From positions 29,096-93,095 of the forward strand of contig JAGACK010000047.1 of the NCBI GenBank assembly GCA_017614155.1: DNA of 64,000 nt, given 5' to 3'. A program made the translations under genes and the position numbers. Numbering within the stretch: the first letter of the stretch is position 1; each line of letters starts with the position of its first letter. This document shows, one piece after another, positions 28,640 through 38,531 of this stretch. This DNA comes from Lachnospiraceae bacterium. GTDB lineage: Bacteria > Bacillota > Clostridia > Lachnospirales > Lachnospiraceae. The notes beneath the pieces are model-generated. The model saw only the letters and a program-made list of their open reading frames with translations. It did not search any database and was not told the origin of the DNA.

Positions 28640-29767
28640 ATGATAAAAAGACTTTTAATGGCTGATATTTTCATAATGCTTATATTAGGTGTGGCGCTCG
28701 CCGGATGCGGCTCAAAGAAGGCTGAAGTATCCGGACCCGAAAAGGAAGAGGAAAATGTGATAAGCTTAAGCCTGACGGATGAGGTTAAGCCTGTCGGGAC
28801 TGTTGATGTGAATATCGAAAGCTACAGGGTATTAAAACGGGCGGGAGCCGGACAGGAAGTATTTTTACAGGAGGATATCAGTCCGCTTATCGAGGAAGCA
28901 AAGAAAAAAGCTGCCGCCGCTTCGGATACACAGATGGCGGATGCCAAAGCATCGGCTGATACCGGTGAGTCCGCTGATGCGGAAAATGCTGGGCCGGAAG
29001 AAACCGAAGATGGGAAAAAAGCAGAACCGGAGGAAACCGGGGATGACGAAAACGCGGACGGACAGCAGGAGAAAGACCGGGAGGCTGAAGAAAAAGACGA
29101 GACTGCCGCAGAGGCTCCAAAAAGCGCAAGCGGCACAGGAAAGGTGGTCTGCATAGATGCCGGGCACCAGAGAAAGCAAAATTCCGCTCAGGAACCCGTA
29201 GGGCCCGGTGCGTCATCGACCAAGATGAAGGTGACGAGCGGAACTTCGGGCAGCACGACCGGAGTCCCGGAGTATCAGCTGACTCTGGCTGTAGCGCTGA
29301 AACTGCAGAGCGTCCTGCAGCAGAGGGGATATACGGTTGTCATGTGCAGGTCATCCCATGATGTTGATATCAGCAATGTGGAAAGAGCTCAGGTTGCAAA
29401 TAATGCCGGTGCAGGAGCCTTCATAAGGATACATGCCGACGGTTCGAATAATTCATCGGCTGCCGGAGCGTCTACGCTGGCCCCGTCAGCTTCCAATCCC
29501 TACTGTGCGCAGATCGCATCATCAAGTCAGTCGCTTGCAAAGAATGTGATCAATTCATACTGCGCAAAGACAGGAATGAAAAACCGCGGCATGCAGCTCA
29601 ACGACGGGATGACGGGCTTAAACTGGTCCCAGGTGCCCGTGACAATAATCGAGATGGGCTTCATGACCAATCCTTCCGATGACCAGCTCATGGAGACGGA
29701 GAGCTTCCAGCAGTCGGCTGCAGAAGGGATAGCGGACGGGATAGATGCTTATTTTGCGTCAAGGTAA
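28640..29767 (+). CDS. N-acetylmuramoyl-L-alanine amidase (Amidase_3) lipoprotein
   Basis: Lipobox LAGCGS. Acidic low-complexity linker. Catalytic domain CIDAGHQ..EYQLTL..IRIHADG..IIEMGFMTNP. Confidence 0.85.
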   Translation: MIKRLLMADIFIMLILGVALAGCGSKKAEVSGPEKEEENVISLSLTDEVKPVGTVDVNIESYRVLKRAGAGQEVFLQEDISPLIEEAKKKAAAASDTQMADAKASADTGESADAENAGPEETEDGKKAEPEETGDDENADGQQEKDREAEEKDETAAEAPKSASGTGKVVCIDAGHQRKQNSAQEPVGPGASSTKMKVTSGTSGSTTGVPEYQLTLAVALKLQSVLQQRGYTVVMCRSSHDVDISNVERAQVANNAGAGAFIRIHADGSNNSSAAGASTLAPSASNPYCAQIASSSQSLAKNVINSYCAKTGMKNRGMQLNDGMTGLNWSQVPVTIIEMGFMTNPSDDQLMETESFQQSAAEGIADGIDAYFASR

Positions 29768-29796
29768 AATATTACCGTTGTAATTATTAGATCGGG

Positions 29797-30558
29797 GTGA
29801 TCGAAGTATATATGTTTGATCCAGGGAAAAAATGCAGAGTGCTCGGAACGGAAGTGGCTGTGGGGGATCTGAAAGGTGCAGCCCTTTTCGTGGCTGAAAA
29901 AAGGCATGAGCTTGCCGGAAGATACATATGCTTTTCGAATGTTCATACCACAGTGATGGCCTTTAAGGATGATGCTTACAGGAAAGCGCTGGCTGATGCT
30001 GCCTTTGTTTTTCCGGACGGGTATCCCATAGCGCGAGAGCAGAACAGGAAGGGCTTTAAGGAGGCAGAGCGGATCGCCGGTCCGGACTTCATGAAGGAAA
30101 TGTTTGAAAGGAGCAGGGACGGAAGCATCAGCCATTATTTTTACGGCTCAACGCAGGAAACCCTCGATGCGCTGAAATCTAACCTTGAAAAAGACTATCC
30201 CGGGATCGATATCAGGGGCATATATTCGCCACCCTTCCGGAAACTTTCGGAGGATGAGATCGATCTTGATATAAAAAAGATAAACGATTCCGGCGCGGAC
30301 TTGGTCTGGATAGGACTTGGCGCTCCCAAGCAGGAATTATTCATGCATGCCGTAAGCGGCAGGATCGGCGCCCTGATGCTCGGGGTCGGCGCCGGCTTTG
30401 ATTTTCATGCAAAAACGATAAAAAGGGCTCCGAAGGCCATGCAGAAAATGGGACTTGAATGGCTTTTCAGGCTCTTTCAGGATCCGAAAAGACTTTTTAA
30501 GAGATATCTTGTGACAAATACGCAGTTTTTGTGGTATACGAAGGTCATGAAAAGGTGA
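29797..30558 (+). CDS. WecB/TagA/CpsF family glycosyltransferase
   Basis: FSNVHT..FPDGYPI..YFYGS..LVWIGLGAPKQELFM..GVGAGFDF..EWLFRL..P.R..RY. The start is uncertain (GTG 29797 or ATG 29812). Confidence 0.8.
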   Translation: MIEVYMFDPGKKCRVLGTEVAVGDLKGAALFVAEKRHELAGRYICFSNVHTTVMAFKDDAYRKALADAAFVFPDGYPIAREQNRKGFKEAERIAGPDFMKEMFERSRDGSISHYFYGSTQETLDALKSNLEKDYPGIDIRGIYSPPFRKLSEDEIDLDIKKINDSGADLVWIGLGAPKQELFMHAVSGRIGALMLGVGAGFDFHAKTIKRAPKAMQKMGLEWLFRLFQDPKRLFKRYLVTNTQFLWYTKVMKR

Positions 30559-30610
30559 AATGCATGTATCGGGAAGCTGATGATTTCTGTCCTGATGAGG
30601 GGAGGATGCC

Positions 30611-32110
30611 ATGCCGGAATATCTGATGGCCCTGGATCAGGGGACTACCAGTTCAAGGTGTATCATATTTGACAAAAAAGGGAAGGCTGTTTCATCTGCT
30701 CAGAAAGAATTTGAGCAGTATTATCCAAAACCGGGATGGGTTGAGCACAATCCGAAGGAGATCTGGTCTTCACAGCTGTCCGTCACGGCAGAGGCCATGG
30801 CGGTCATTGGCGCGAAAAGTACGGATATAGCAGCCATAGGTATCACAAACCAGCGTGAGACCACCATAGTATGGGACAGGGATACCGGCGAACCGGTCTT
30901 TAATGCCATAGTTTGGCAATGCAGAAGAACCGCTCCCATGATAGACAGGATCGTAAAGGAAGGATGTTCCGATATGATAAGGAGCACGACCGGACTTGTC
31001 CCTGATGCTTATTTCAGCGCCAGCAAGATCGGATGGATCCTTGGTAATGTGGAGGGTGCAAGAAAACGGGCGGAGGATGGCAGGCTGCTTTTCGGAACGG
31101 TCGACACATGGCTTATCTGGAAGCTGACAGGGGGAAAAATTCATGCCACAGACTATACAAATGCCTCCAGGACAATGCTCTTTGATATACGGAACAGGAA
31201 GTGGGATCAGGACCTTCTGAAACTGTTTGGCATCCCGGAGTCTATGCTGCCTGAGGTTTATCCTTCCGGACATATCTTCGGGTACAGCGATGAGAGCATC
31301 ACGGGAGGAAGGATCCCGATAGCGGGAGATGCGGGAGATCAGCAGGCAGCGCTCTTCGGACAGTGCTGTTTCAAAAAAGGAGAGGTAAAGAATACCTACG
31401 GTACCGGGAGCTTCATATTGATGAACACCGGAAAAGATATCATACATTCGAAAAACGGTCTTGTGACTACGATCGCAGCCGGATGTGATGAGGATCCGGA
31501 TTATGCACTGGAAGGAAGCGTTTTTGTTGCTGGAGCTGCGGTTCAGTGGCTTCGGGATTCAATGAAGATGATAGATACGGCAGCCGGGTCCGGGGAATCT
31601 GCAGCTGCAGTCGATGACTCAAACGGAGTCTATGTGGTCCCTGCATTTACGGGGCTTGGAGCTCCGTACTGGGATCAGTATGCAAGGGGCTCAGTCTTTG
31701 GTATCACAAGAGGCTGTACGAGGGAGCATTTCATCAGGGCCACCCTGGAATCCATAGCTTATCAGTCAAATGATGTTTTCAGGGCAATGGAGGAGGATGC
31801 AAAGGTAAAGATCCGGGAACTGAAGGTTGACGGAGGCGCGAGCGCGAATGACCTACTGATGAAGTTTCAGGCAGACATCAGCGGTACTGTCACAGTCAGG
31901 CCCGAATGTATCGAGACTACAGCTATGGGGGCTGCCTGTCTTGCGGGACTGTCTGTGGGAGTATATTCGGACAGGGAGGAGATACGCCGGAATTTCACCG
32001 GGGAAAAGCGGTTCCTGCCGGATATGGATGAAAAGAAGAGAGAGGAACTTCTCAAAGGGTGGAACAGGGCTGTAAAGGCGGCGCTGTACTGGTCATCCTC
32101 CGAAGAGTGA
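30611..32110 (+). CDS. glpK: glycerol kinase
   Basis: [55 protein letters not shown]. Confidence 0.95.
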   Translation: MPEYLMALDQGTTSSRCIIFDKKGKAVSSAQKEFEQYYPKPGWVEHNPKEIWSSQLSVTAEAMAVIGAKSTDIAAIGITNQRETTIVWDRDTGEPVFNAIVWQCRRTAPMIDRIVKEGCSDMIRSTTGLVPDAYFSASKIGWILGNVEGARKRAEDGRLLFGTVDTWLIWKLTGGKIHATDYTNASRTMLFDIRNRKWDQDLLKLFGIPESMLPEVYPSGHIFGYSDESITGGRIPIAGDAGDQQAALFGQCCFKKGEVKNTYGTGSFILMNTGKDIIHSKNGLVTTIAAGCDEDPDYALEGSVFVAGAAVQWLRDSMKMIDTAAGSGESAAAVDDSNGVYVVPAFTGLGAPYWDQYARGSVFGITRGCTREHFIRATLESIAYQSNDVFRAMEEDAKVKIRELKVDGGASANDLLMKFQADISGTVTVRPECIETTAMGAACLAGLSVGVYSDREEIRRNFTGEKRFLPDMDEKKREELLKGWNRAVKAALYWSSSEE

Positions 32111-32158
32111 AGGGTGAGTTTATTACAAAGGTAATATACACTGAAAGGAGAGTCTGTT

Positions 32159-32539
32159 TTGAAAGAATCATTACGAAAAAACGGAAAGGGGATAATACTG
32201 ATGACGATATCAGCCTTCAGCCTTTCTGTTGGACAACTGTTGTGGAAGCTGGCGGATCTGTCGAGTCTGTCAGGTGATTTGGGAACCTTTTCGGGGCTTT
32301 TCACCCTGTTCCTGAAGATACTTCCCGGCTTTGTGATCTACGCAGTGGGTGCGCTCATCATGACCATAGCTTTAGGCTACGGGGAACTGTCGGTACTGCA
32401 GCCGGTCAATTCAATGAGCTATGTATTCGCGCTGATCCTTTCGGCGATCTTTCTGACCGAGCCGATAACTGTGCTCAAGGTGGTCGGGATCCTTGTGATC
32501 ATCACCGGTGTCGTACTGATGGGAGGCAGCAGCAAATGA
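32159..32539 (+). CDS. small EamA/DMT-like membrane protein (half-transporter)
   Basis: TTG start 8 nt after AAGGAG. About 4 TM helices. Paired with, and overlapping, the next small TM ORF. Confidence 0.6.
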   Translation: MKESLRKNGKGIILMTISAFSLSVGQLLWKLADLSSLSGDLGTFSGLFTLFLKILPGFVIYAVGALIMTIALGYGELSVLQPVNSMSYVFALILSAIFLTEPITVLKVVGILVIITGVVLMGGSSK

Positions 32540-32868
32540 AAGTAGTGATCTGTGTATTGTCCATGACCTGTATAGCTTCATTTGCAAGCTATTTTCTGAA
32601 AAAATCCTCGTCTGCGGATAACAAACTGAAGATACTCCTGTCGCCGTGGTTTTATCTTGGCGGGGTTCTTTATGTCATATCAGCCGGGATCAATATCTAT
32701 CTCCTGCAGCTGATACCCTATACAGTTGCGATGCCGGTTGGGGCACTTACTTATGTATGGACCATGTTCGTTTCAAACAGGCTTCTCGGTGAGGCCATCA
32801 CAAAGAAAAAGATCATCGGAATGTTTGTGATTTTTGTCGGAGTGGTGTGCGTAGCGCTGGGTCAGTAG
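32536..32868 (+). CDS. small EamA/DMT-like membrane protein (half-transporter)
   Basis: ATGA overlap with the upstream ORF. 110 aa, about 4 TM helices. Confidence 0.6.
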   Translation: MKVVICVLSMTCIASFASYFLKKSSSADNKLKILLSPWFYLGGVLYVISAGINIYLLQLIPYTVAMPVGALTYVWTMFVSNRLLGEAITKKKIIGMFVIFVGVVCVALGQ

Positions 32869-32871
32869 GCT

Positions 32872-34212
32872 ATGGAGATACCGGCGGGATTTCTTGAAAA
32901 AATGAAGGAAAGCCTTGGGGACGAGTACGGGGCTTTTCTTGACAGCCTTCAGAAAGAAGAGGTGAAGGCGTTACGCCTGAACCCGTTAAAGGGTATCCAT
33001 GGTCTTCCTGAAAACCTTGAAGCTTCATGGAGTCTGCAAAATGTCCCATGGGAGGAGAACGGCTACTATTATGAGATATCGGAAGGTTTCTTTCCGCCGG
33101 GAAAGCATCCGCTGCATGATGCGGGCGCTTATTATATCCAGGAACCTTCTGCCATGTTTCCCGTAAGCCTCCTCTCGCCCCGAAAAAATGAAAAGGTGCT
33201 GGACCTCTGCGCGGCGCCCGGCGGAAAGAGTACGCAGACAGCAGCCTTCATGGAAAACACCGGGCTTCTTGTCGCTAATGAGATAATAAGATCAAGGGCT
33301 GAGATCCTTTCTGCAAATATAGAAAGGATGGGGGTGAGGAATGCGGTCGTTGCCAATATGGAGCCGCATGGGATCGCGGCAGCCTTTCCCGCATTTTTTG
33401 ACAGAGTCCTTGTTGATGCCCCCTGCTCCGGAGAGGGGATGATGAGAAGAGGAGATGCGGCCAGAGAAAACTGGAGCACGGAAAATGTCCGGATGTGCGC
33501 TTCCAGACAGGAAGAGATCCTGAATGAGGCTGCGAAATGTGTCAGACCCGGCGGGAAGCTTGTCTACTCTACCTGCACCTTTTCAAAGGAGGAAGACGAA
33601 GAAAATGTGGAGAAGTTCCTTGCGGGACATCCGGATTTTTCCATAATAAAAACGGAGAAGCTTTATCCGCATAAGGTGCGCGGCGAAGGACATTTTGCCG
33701 CACTCTTTGAAAGACAGGGAGATGCCGGCAATCTTATGGTTTACAAATGTAAGAAAAAGAGTGGCTGCCTTCCGGTGCCAAAGCAGGCGCTCGGATTTCT
33801 CGGATCTTTTCTGATGCAGGAAGCCTATGAGCGGATCGATCCCGAAAGGATTATCAGCTTTAAGGACAGCCTGTACCTTCTGCCTGAGGGAATGCCGGAT
33901 ATCGGCGGGATGAAGGTGCTGCGTCCGGGCCTTTGCCTCGGCTGCATGAAAAAAGACCGCTTTGAACCGGCCCATTCGCTTGCAATGGCGCTTTTGGCTG
34001 AAGATGCGCAGAATGTCTGCAACCTGCCGTCAGACAGCCCGGCCGCCGTATCATATTTGTCCGGCATGACGCTTAGCCTGTCGGGGGAGGAAGCGGCCTC
34101 ATTAAATGACGGCTGGTGTCTTGTCACGATCGACGGCATATCGGCAGGGCTTGGAAAAAAGACAGGCCCCGTCATAAAAAACCATTATCCGAAGGGACTT
34201 CGCAGAGTGTAG
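32872..34212 (+). CDS. rRNA cytosine-C5 methyltransferase, RsmB/RsmF (NOL1/NOP2/Sun) family
   Basis: SAM motif LDLCAAPGGKST, DAPCSGEGM, YSTCT catalytic Cys, and a C-terminal RsmF-type extension. Confidence 0.85.
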   Translation: MEIPAGFLEKMKESLGDEYGAFLDSLQKEEVKALRLNPLKGIHGLPENLEASWSLQNVPWEENGYYYEISEGFFPPGKHPLHDAGAYYIQEPSAMFPVSLLSPRKNEKVLDLCAAPGGKSTQTAAFMENTGLLVANEIIRSRAEILSANIERMGVRNAVVANMEPHGIAAAFPAFFDRVLVDAPCSGEGMMRRGDAARENWSTENVRMCASRQEEILNEAAKCVRPGGKLVYSTCTFSKEEDEENVEKFLAGHPDFSIIKTEKLYPHKVRGEGHFAALFERQGDAGNLMVYKCKKKSGCLPVPKQALGFLGSFLMQEAYERIDPERIISFKDSLYLLPEGMPDIGGMKVLRPGLCLGCMKKDRFEPAHSLAMALLAEDAQNVCNLPSDSPAAVSYLSGMTLSLSGEEAASLNDGWCLVTIDGISAGLGKKTGPVIKNHYPKGLRRV

Positions 34213-34261
34213 ATTCATCCGCCGTCACTAATTGCCTGTTTTCATTCAGGAGGAGATGTAC

Positions 34262-34846
34262 ATGACTATCTATCTGGAACACATATTTAAATCATACGGT
34301 GAAAAAGAGGCATTGAAGGATTTCAATCTGTCGGTGGAGGATGATAAGTGCTATGTGCTTGCCGGACCGGAGGGTTCAGGCAAGACCACTGCTCTGAAGA
34401 TCTTTCTGGGACTTGTAAAGCCTGATTCCGGAAAGGTAAGCAGGATGGGGGATTATAAATATCCTTCCCTGCGAAGCGCCTATGTCCCGCAGGAGGAAAG
34501 CCTCAACGCCAAAAAGAATGCCGTTTGGAATGTCAGAAAGGCTCACAGGACAGCTTCAAAGAAACGTGCGATCGAGGAACTGGGAAGATTCCTTTCACCG
34601 GACGAGATGTCCTGCCCGGTATCGGAGCTTTCCGGGGGGAAAAGACAGATCGTAAAGATAGTGAAGGCGCTGTTTGTCCCGGCGGACTTTATAGTGCTTG
34701 ACGAACCCTTTGACAAAATGACGGAGGACGAAAGGAAAGCGGCGCTTGAATACATCCTCGGACAAAGGGGCAGCAGGCCGCTCCTTATTGCAACAGAGAA
34801 TGAACCGGGCGACAGCAGAGGGTTTATCATTCGTCATATGCAGTAA
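34262..34846 (+). CDS. ABC transporter ATP-binding protein (short, no adjacent permease)
   Basis: ATG at 34262, 8 nt after AGGAGG. Walker A GPEGSGKTT, signature LSGGKRQ, Walker B FIVLDEP. Confidence 0.8.
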   Translation: MTIYLEHIFKSYGEKEALKDFNLSVEDDKCYVLAGPEGSGKTTALKIFLGLVKPDSGKVSRMGDYKYPSLRSAYVPQEESLNAKKNAVWNVRKAHRTASKKRAIEELGRFLSPDEMSCPVSELSGGKRQIVKIVKALFVPADFIVLDEPFDKMTEDERKAALEYILGQRGSRPLLIATENEPGDSRGFIIRHMQ

Positions 34847-34899
34847 AGATCAGGCGCTTTTTGCCGTGCGCGGTTTCGCATAATAAATACCCGGGGCGT

Positions 34900-34928
34900 T
34901 TGACAAGAATACGCTTTAGCGTTAAGTT
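34900..34928 (+). promoter_or_regulatory. candidate sigma-A promoter
   Basis: TTGACA (34900-34905), 17-nt spacer, TAAGTT (34923-34928). Confidence 0.4.
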
Positions 34929-34970
34929 TATCAGAAAGCGTGCAAAATCAGAAATATGAGGGTCGATAAA

Positions 34971-35933
34971 ATGTATATGGATAGAAGATTATTGAAAATG
35001 AACGCAAAGAATACTCTTTCAAGAGGGTATTGGAGCTGTGTTCTTGCAGGCCTTGTACTGGCTCTTGTTACGGGAGGCATTGGCAGCGCACCTTCCACAA
35101 AGAATTACACCTTCCGCAATTCCGGAAGAAGCGGAGCGGATTATTTCAGGGGTGAGATATACAGCAATGATCCCGGACAGGTCCTGGGGGAACTGTTCGG
35201 AAGCGCCAACATCCCGCTTTACATGATGGAGATATTTATTTCGGTCGTGATTGTGGCGATTGTGATATCCATACTTATAGCGATCTTTCTGCTTCAGCCG
35301 CTTGAGGTTGGATGCAGGAAATTCTATATTGACGCGCGAGAGAATAATTATGATCTTTCGGACATGGGAGCCGCCTTTTCGGCTTCATATTCGAATATCG
35401 TGAAGATCATGTTCCTGCGTCAGCTGTATATCTTTTTGTGGTCGCTGCTGTTTATCATTCCGGGTATAATAAAATCCTATGAATACAGGATGGTACCCTA
35501 TATTCTGGCCGAGGATCCCGGGATGTCTGCGTCAGATGCTTTTTACAGGTCAAAATGCCTCATGACCGGATCCAAGTTTGATGCGTTCGTGTTTGACCTG
35601 TCTTTTATCGGGTGGTTTCTGTTAGATTCGATAACCTTCGGCATAGCAGGAATCTTTTATGTCAGGCCTTATTATTTTAATGCGTGTGCCGAACTGTATG
35701 CTTTTGTCAAGGCAAAGCCGGTAAGGGAAGGAATGTATGAAGAGGGGGCTTACGATTATCTCAACAGCAGCCGGAACAGGGAATACGGTTACACGGATGA
35801 GTATGGTACAGACGTTTCAGAACAGCCTTATCCGCAGCCTTCGGAGGATGACCGTGGGATGAGCGGTCAGAGTGAAGCGGGGACGGTTTCAGCTGACGAT
35901 GCCAGACCGTTTAATACCCCGTACGGACAATGA
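34971..35933 (+). CDS. DUF975-like integral membrane protein
   Basis: N-terminus ..RRLLKMNAKNTLSRGYWSCVLAGLV and multi-TM body are typical of DUF975. Polar Y/E-rich C-terminal tail. The start is ATG 34971 (8 nt after GAGGG) or ATG 34956. Confidence 0.65.
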   Translation: MYMDRRLLKMNAKNTLSRGYWSCVLAGLVLALVTGGIGSAPSTKNYTFRNSGRSGADYFRGEIYSNDPGQVLGELFGSANIPLYMMEIFISVVIVAIVISILIAIFLLQPLEVGCRKFYIDARENNYDLSDMGAAFSASYSNIVKIMFLRQLYIFLWSLLFIIPGIIKSYEYRMVPYILAEDPGMSASDAFYRSKCLMTGSKFDAFVFDLSFIGWFLLDSITFGIAGIFYVRPYYFNACAELYAFVKAKPVREGMYEEGAYDYLNSSRNREYGYTDEYGTDVSEQPYPQPSEDDRGMSGQSEAGTVSADDARPFNTPYGQ

Positions 35934-35939
35934 GTTAGC

Positions 35940-35974
35940 CTGCTCCGGCCGATAATGGCCGGAGCAGTTTTTTT
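35940..35974 (+). terminator. rho-independent terminator
   Basis: Perfect 11-bp GC-rich stem ctgctccggcc/ggccggagcag, loop gataat, then T7. Confidence 0.85.
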
Positions 35975-35976
35975 AC

Positions 35977-36005
35977 TTCACATAAATCTGTTTATGTGTT
36001 AGAAT
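35977..36005 (+). promoter_or_regulatory. candidate sigma-A promoter with extended -10
   Basis: TTCACA (35977-35982), 17-nt spacer ending in TGt, TAGAAT (36000-36005). Confidence 0.55.
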
Positions 36006-36070
36006 ATAAAGGCTTGGGTAGATTTTTAAAAACCCGCTGTATTTGAATTCTATTATTGGAGGAAGAAAGA

Positions 36071-37279
36071 ATGGGATTGATAAAAGCGATCACAGGGGCT
36101 GCCGGCGGAGTTCTGGCGGATCAGTGGAAGGAGTACTTTTACTGCGAGTCCATCAATGAGGATGTTCTGGTTGTAAAAGGACAGAAGAGAGTTTCCGGAC
36201 GTTCTTCGAATACAAAGGGCGAAGACAACATCATAAGCAACGGTTCAGTCATTGCTGTCAATGACGGACAGTGCATGATCATAGTTGATCAGGGAAAGGT
36301 AGCAGAGATCTGCGCCGAGCCCGGGGAGTTTACCTATGATTCATCTACCGAGCCTTCGATCTTCTCCGGAAATCTCGGAGACAGCATCCTCGATACCTTC
36401 AAGAGCATCGGCAGACGTTTTACCTTTGGCGGAGACACGGGAAAGGATCAGAGGGTTTATTATTTTAATACAAAAGAGATAATCGGAAATAAATACGGTA
36501 CGGCAAATGCTGTTCCTTTCAGGGTCGTGGACAATAATATCGGCCTTGATATCGACATCTCCATAAAATGCTTCGGAGAGTATTCGTACAGGATAGTGGA
36601 TCCGATACTTTTCTATACCAATGTATGCGGAAATGTGGATTATCAGTATGAGAGGTCGGAGATTGATTCACAGTTAAAGACTGAACTGCTGACAGCGCTT
36701 CAGCCTGCATTTGCAAAGATCTCCGAGCAGGGCATCAGGTACAGCGCCCTTCCGGGACATACAACAGAGATCGCGGATGCGTTAAATGAGGTTCTTACCA
36801 AGAGCTGGAAGGAAAAGAGAGGCATTGCTGTTGCATCCTTCGGCGTATCGTCTGTAAAGGCATCCGAGGAAGATGAGCAGATGATCAAAGAAGCTCAGAG
36901 AAATGCCATCAACAGAAATCCCAATATGGCGGCAGCGACCCTTGTCGGTGCGCAGGCTCAGGCTATGCAGGATGCGGCAAAGAACCCGAACGGCTCCATG
37001 ATGGCTTTTGCAGGGATGAATATGGCAGGACAGGCAGGCGGAATGAATGCGAACCAGCTTTTCAGCATGGGAGCGGCACAGGCAGCACCAGCGCAGGCAG
37101 CACCCGCACAGCCGGCACCTGCACAGGCAGCAGGCTGGACATGCTCATGTGGCACGGTAAATACCGGAAAGTTCTGCTCGAACTGCGGAAGCCCGAATCC
37201 TTCAGCGCCATGGACATGCTCGTGCGGAACATCAAATACCGGAAAATTCTGCTCAAACTGCGGAAGTCCGAGACCATAA
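36071..37279 (+). CDS. SPFH-domain protein (YdjI / COG4260-like) with two C-terminal zinc ribbons
   Basis: ATG at 36071, 8 nt after GGAGG. MGLIKAITGAAGGVLADQWKEYFYC N-terminus and body are typical of the YdjI-like SPFH family. An AQAAPAQ linker is followed by 2x WTCSCGT.NTGKFCSNCGSP. Confidence 0.8.
   Translation: MGLIKAITGAAGGVLADQWKEYFYCESINEDVLVVKGQKRVSGRSSNTKGEDNIISNGSVIAVNDGQCMIIVDQGKVAEICAEPGEFTYDSSTEPSIFSGNLGDSILDTFKSIGRRFTFGGDTGKDQRVYYFNTKEIIGNKYGTANAVPFRVVDNNIGLDIDISIKCFGEYSYRIVDPILFYTNVCGNVDYQYERSEIDSQLKTELLTALQPAFAKISEQGIRYSALPGHTTEIADALNEVLTKSWKEKRGIAVASFGVSSVKASEEDEQMIKEAQRNAINRNPNMAAATLVGAQAQAMQDAAKNPNGSMMAFAGMNMAGQAGGMNANQLFSMGAAQAAPAQAAPAQPAPAQAAGWTCSCGTVNTGKFCSNCGSPNPSAPWTCSCGTSNTGKFCSNCGSPRP
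37136..37270 (+). repeat. tandem in-frame duplication (75-nt period) encoding two zinc-ribbon units
   Basis: 37136-37195 and 37211-37270 are near-identical 60-nt units (tggacatgctc.tg.gg.ac...aaataccggaaa.ttctgctc.aactgcggaag.ccg). Confidence 0.9.
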
Positions 37280-37305
37280 TAATCAGACTATAGGAGGAAG
37301 AAATC

Positions 37306-37752
37306 GTGGAAGATAAATCATTTACTGATGTGATCAATGAGACAGTAGACAAGGCAGCCGAGAAAGCAAAGCCTTATGTGGACAAGGCGGCCGAGAAGGC
37401 AAAGCCGGTTGTAGAAAAGGCAAAGTCCAAGGCAAAGAGCGCAAAGGAACAGGCAAAGCCTGTTGTGGAAAAGGCAAAGAAGCAGGTCAAGCCTGTCGTA
37501 AAGGCTGCAAAGGACAAGGCAAAGGAAGTAAAAAAGGCTGTTGACAGCAGGATCTATGAGCATGAGGTCATTGTACAGTACGAGGGTAATTCGTATTATG
37601 CAAAGGACATGAATGAGAGAGCCATTGAGGATTTTGTTTCAAAGGGCGGAAAAAAGGATCAGATCAAACAGGTTCAGCTTTATGTCAAACCTGAAGAAAA
37701 AGCCTGCTATTATGTGATAAACAACAAGGAAACAGGCAGGGTGGATATCTAA
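37306..37752 (+). CDS. hypothetical protein with a K/A-rich repeat N-terminus (DKAAEKAKP-V-EKAK repeats) and a small globular C-terminus
   Basis: GTG start 8 nt after AGGAGG. Repeats VDKAAEKAKPYVDKAAEKAKPVVEKAK..AKPVVEKAK..VKPVVKAAKDKAK. No TM segment. Confidence 0.65.
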   Translation: MEDKSFTDVINETVDKAAEKAKPYVDKAAEKAKPVVEKAKSKAKSAKEQAKPVVEKAKKQVKPVVKAAKDKAKEVKKAVDSRIYEHEVIVQYEGNSYYAKDMNERAIEDFVSKGGKKDQIKQVQLYVKPEEKACYYVINNKETGRVDI

Positions 37753-37765
37753 AGGACCGGATTTT

Positions 37766-38491
37766 ATGGAAAGACTACTTATCATATCGTCAAACACACA
37801 AAAGATGAGGGAACTGCAGCACTTCTTTGAAGCTGATTACAGAGTCCAGGCCCTGCCGCTGACAAACGGAAATATCATGAACGAGCTGATAGGGGTTCCC
37901 GACTGTATAGTGGTTCATGCGGAAACTCTTACGCGTACAAAGCTTTTCGGTATGATGGATCTTCGTGAGCAGGAGAGCATTATCAATGTGCCGCTGCTTC
38001 TCATCGCCGATGAGAATGATCTTGAGATCTTCAAACAGAATGTGAAACCGGCGCCTGACTATGTCGTTCCGCTGGATGCATCCATGCGTGATATCAGACT
38101 GGGAATCGAAAGGCTGTGCGCTACATCCGAAAAGATCAAGTCGATTCTTGTGGTGGATGATGATTCGGTTTCGCTGAAACTGGTGAAATCATATCTGGAT
38201 GAGACCTATAAGGTAAACTGTGTGAAGTCCGGGATGCTGGCGCTGAAGTTCCTTGAGAAGCAGAGACCGGATCTGATATTGCTTGACTGCTACATGCCGG
38301 AAATGAACGGGGCGCAGACACTGCAGCATATCAGGAATATGCCGAACCTGAAGAGAGTGCCGGTTGTATTTCTGACAGGAAATTCCGACAGGAACATGGT
38401 TATGAACTGCATCTCGCTTCACCCGAGCGGATTTTTGGTTAAGCCCATCAAAAAAGAAGACCTGCTTGCAAAGCTTAAGCAGGTTATCTGA
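37766..38491 (+). CDS. response regulator with a degenerate N-terminal REC-like domain plus a canonical REC; no output domain
   Basis: C-terminal REC ILVVDDD..LILLDCYMPEMNG..VVFLTG..VKP. The N-terminal half is receiver-like but lacks the acidic pocket. Confidence 0.8.
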   Translation: MERLLIISSNTQKMRELQHFFEADYRVQALPLTNGNIMNELIGVPDCIVVHAETLTRTKLFGMMDLREQESIINVPLLLIADENDLEIFKQNVKPAPDYVVPLDASMRDIRLGIERLCATSEKIKSILVVDDDSVSLKLVKSYLDETYKVNCVKSGMLALKFLEKQRPDLILLDCYMPEMNGAQTLQHIRNMPNLKRVPVVFLTGNSDRNMVMNCISLHPSGFLVKPIKKEDLLAKLKQVI

Positions 38492-38503
38492 ACAAAAATA
38501 AAG

Positions 38504-38530
38504 CAGGCGTCCCATAGACGCCTGTTTTTT
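38504..38530. terminator. bidirectional rho-independent terminator
   Basis: Stem caggcgtc/gacgcctg, loop ccata. T6 on the + strand and a T-rich run (ctttattttt) on the - strand. It sits between convergent genes. Confidence 0.85.
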
Positions 38531-38531
38531 G

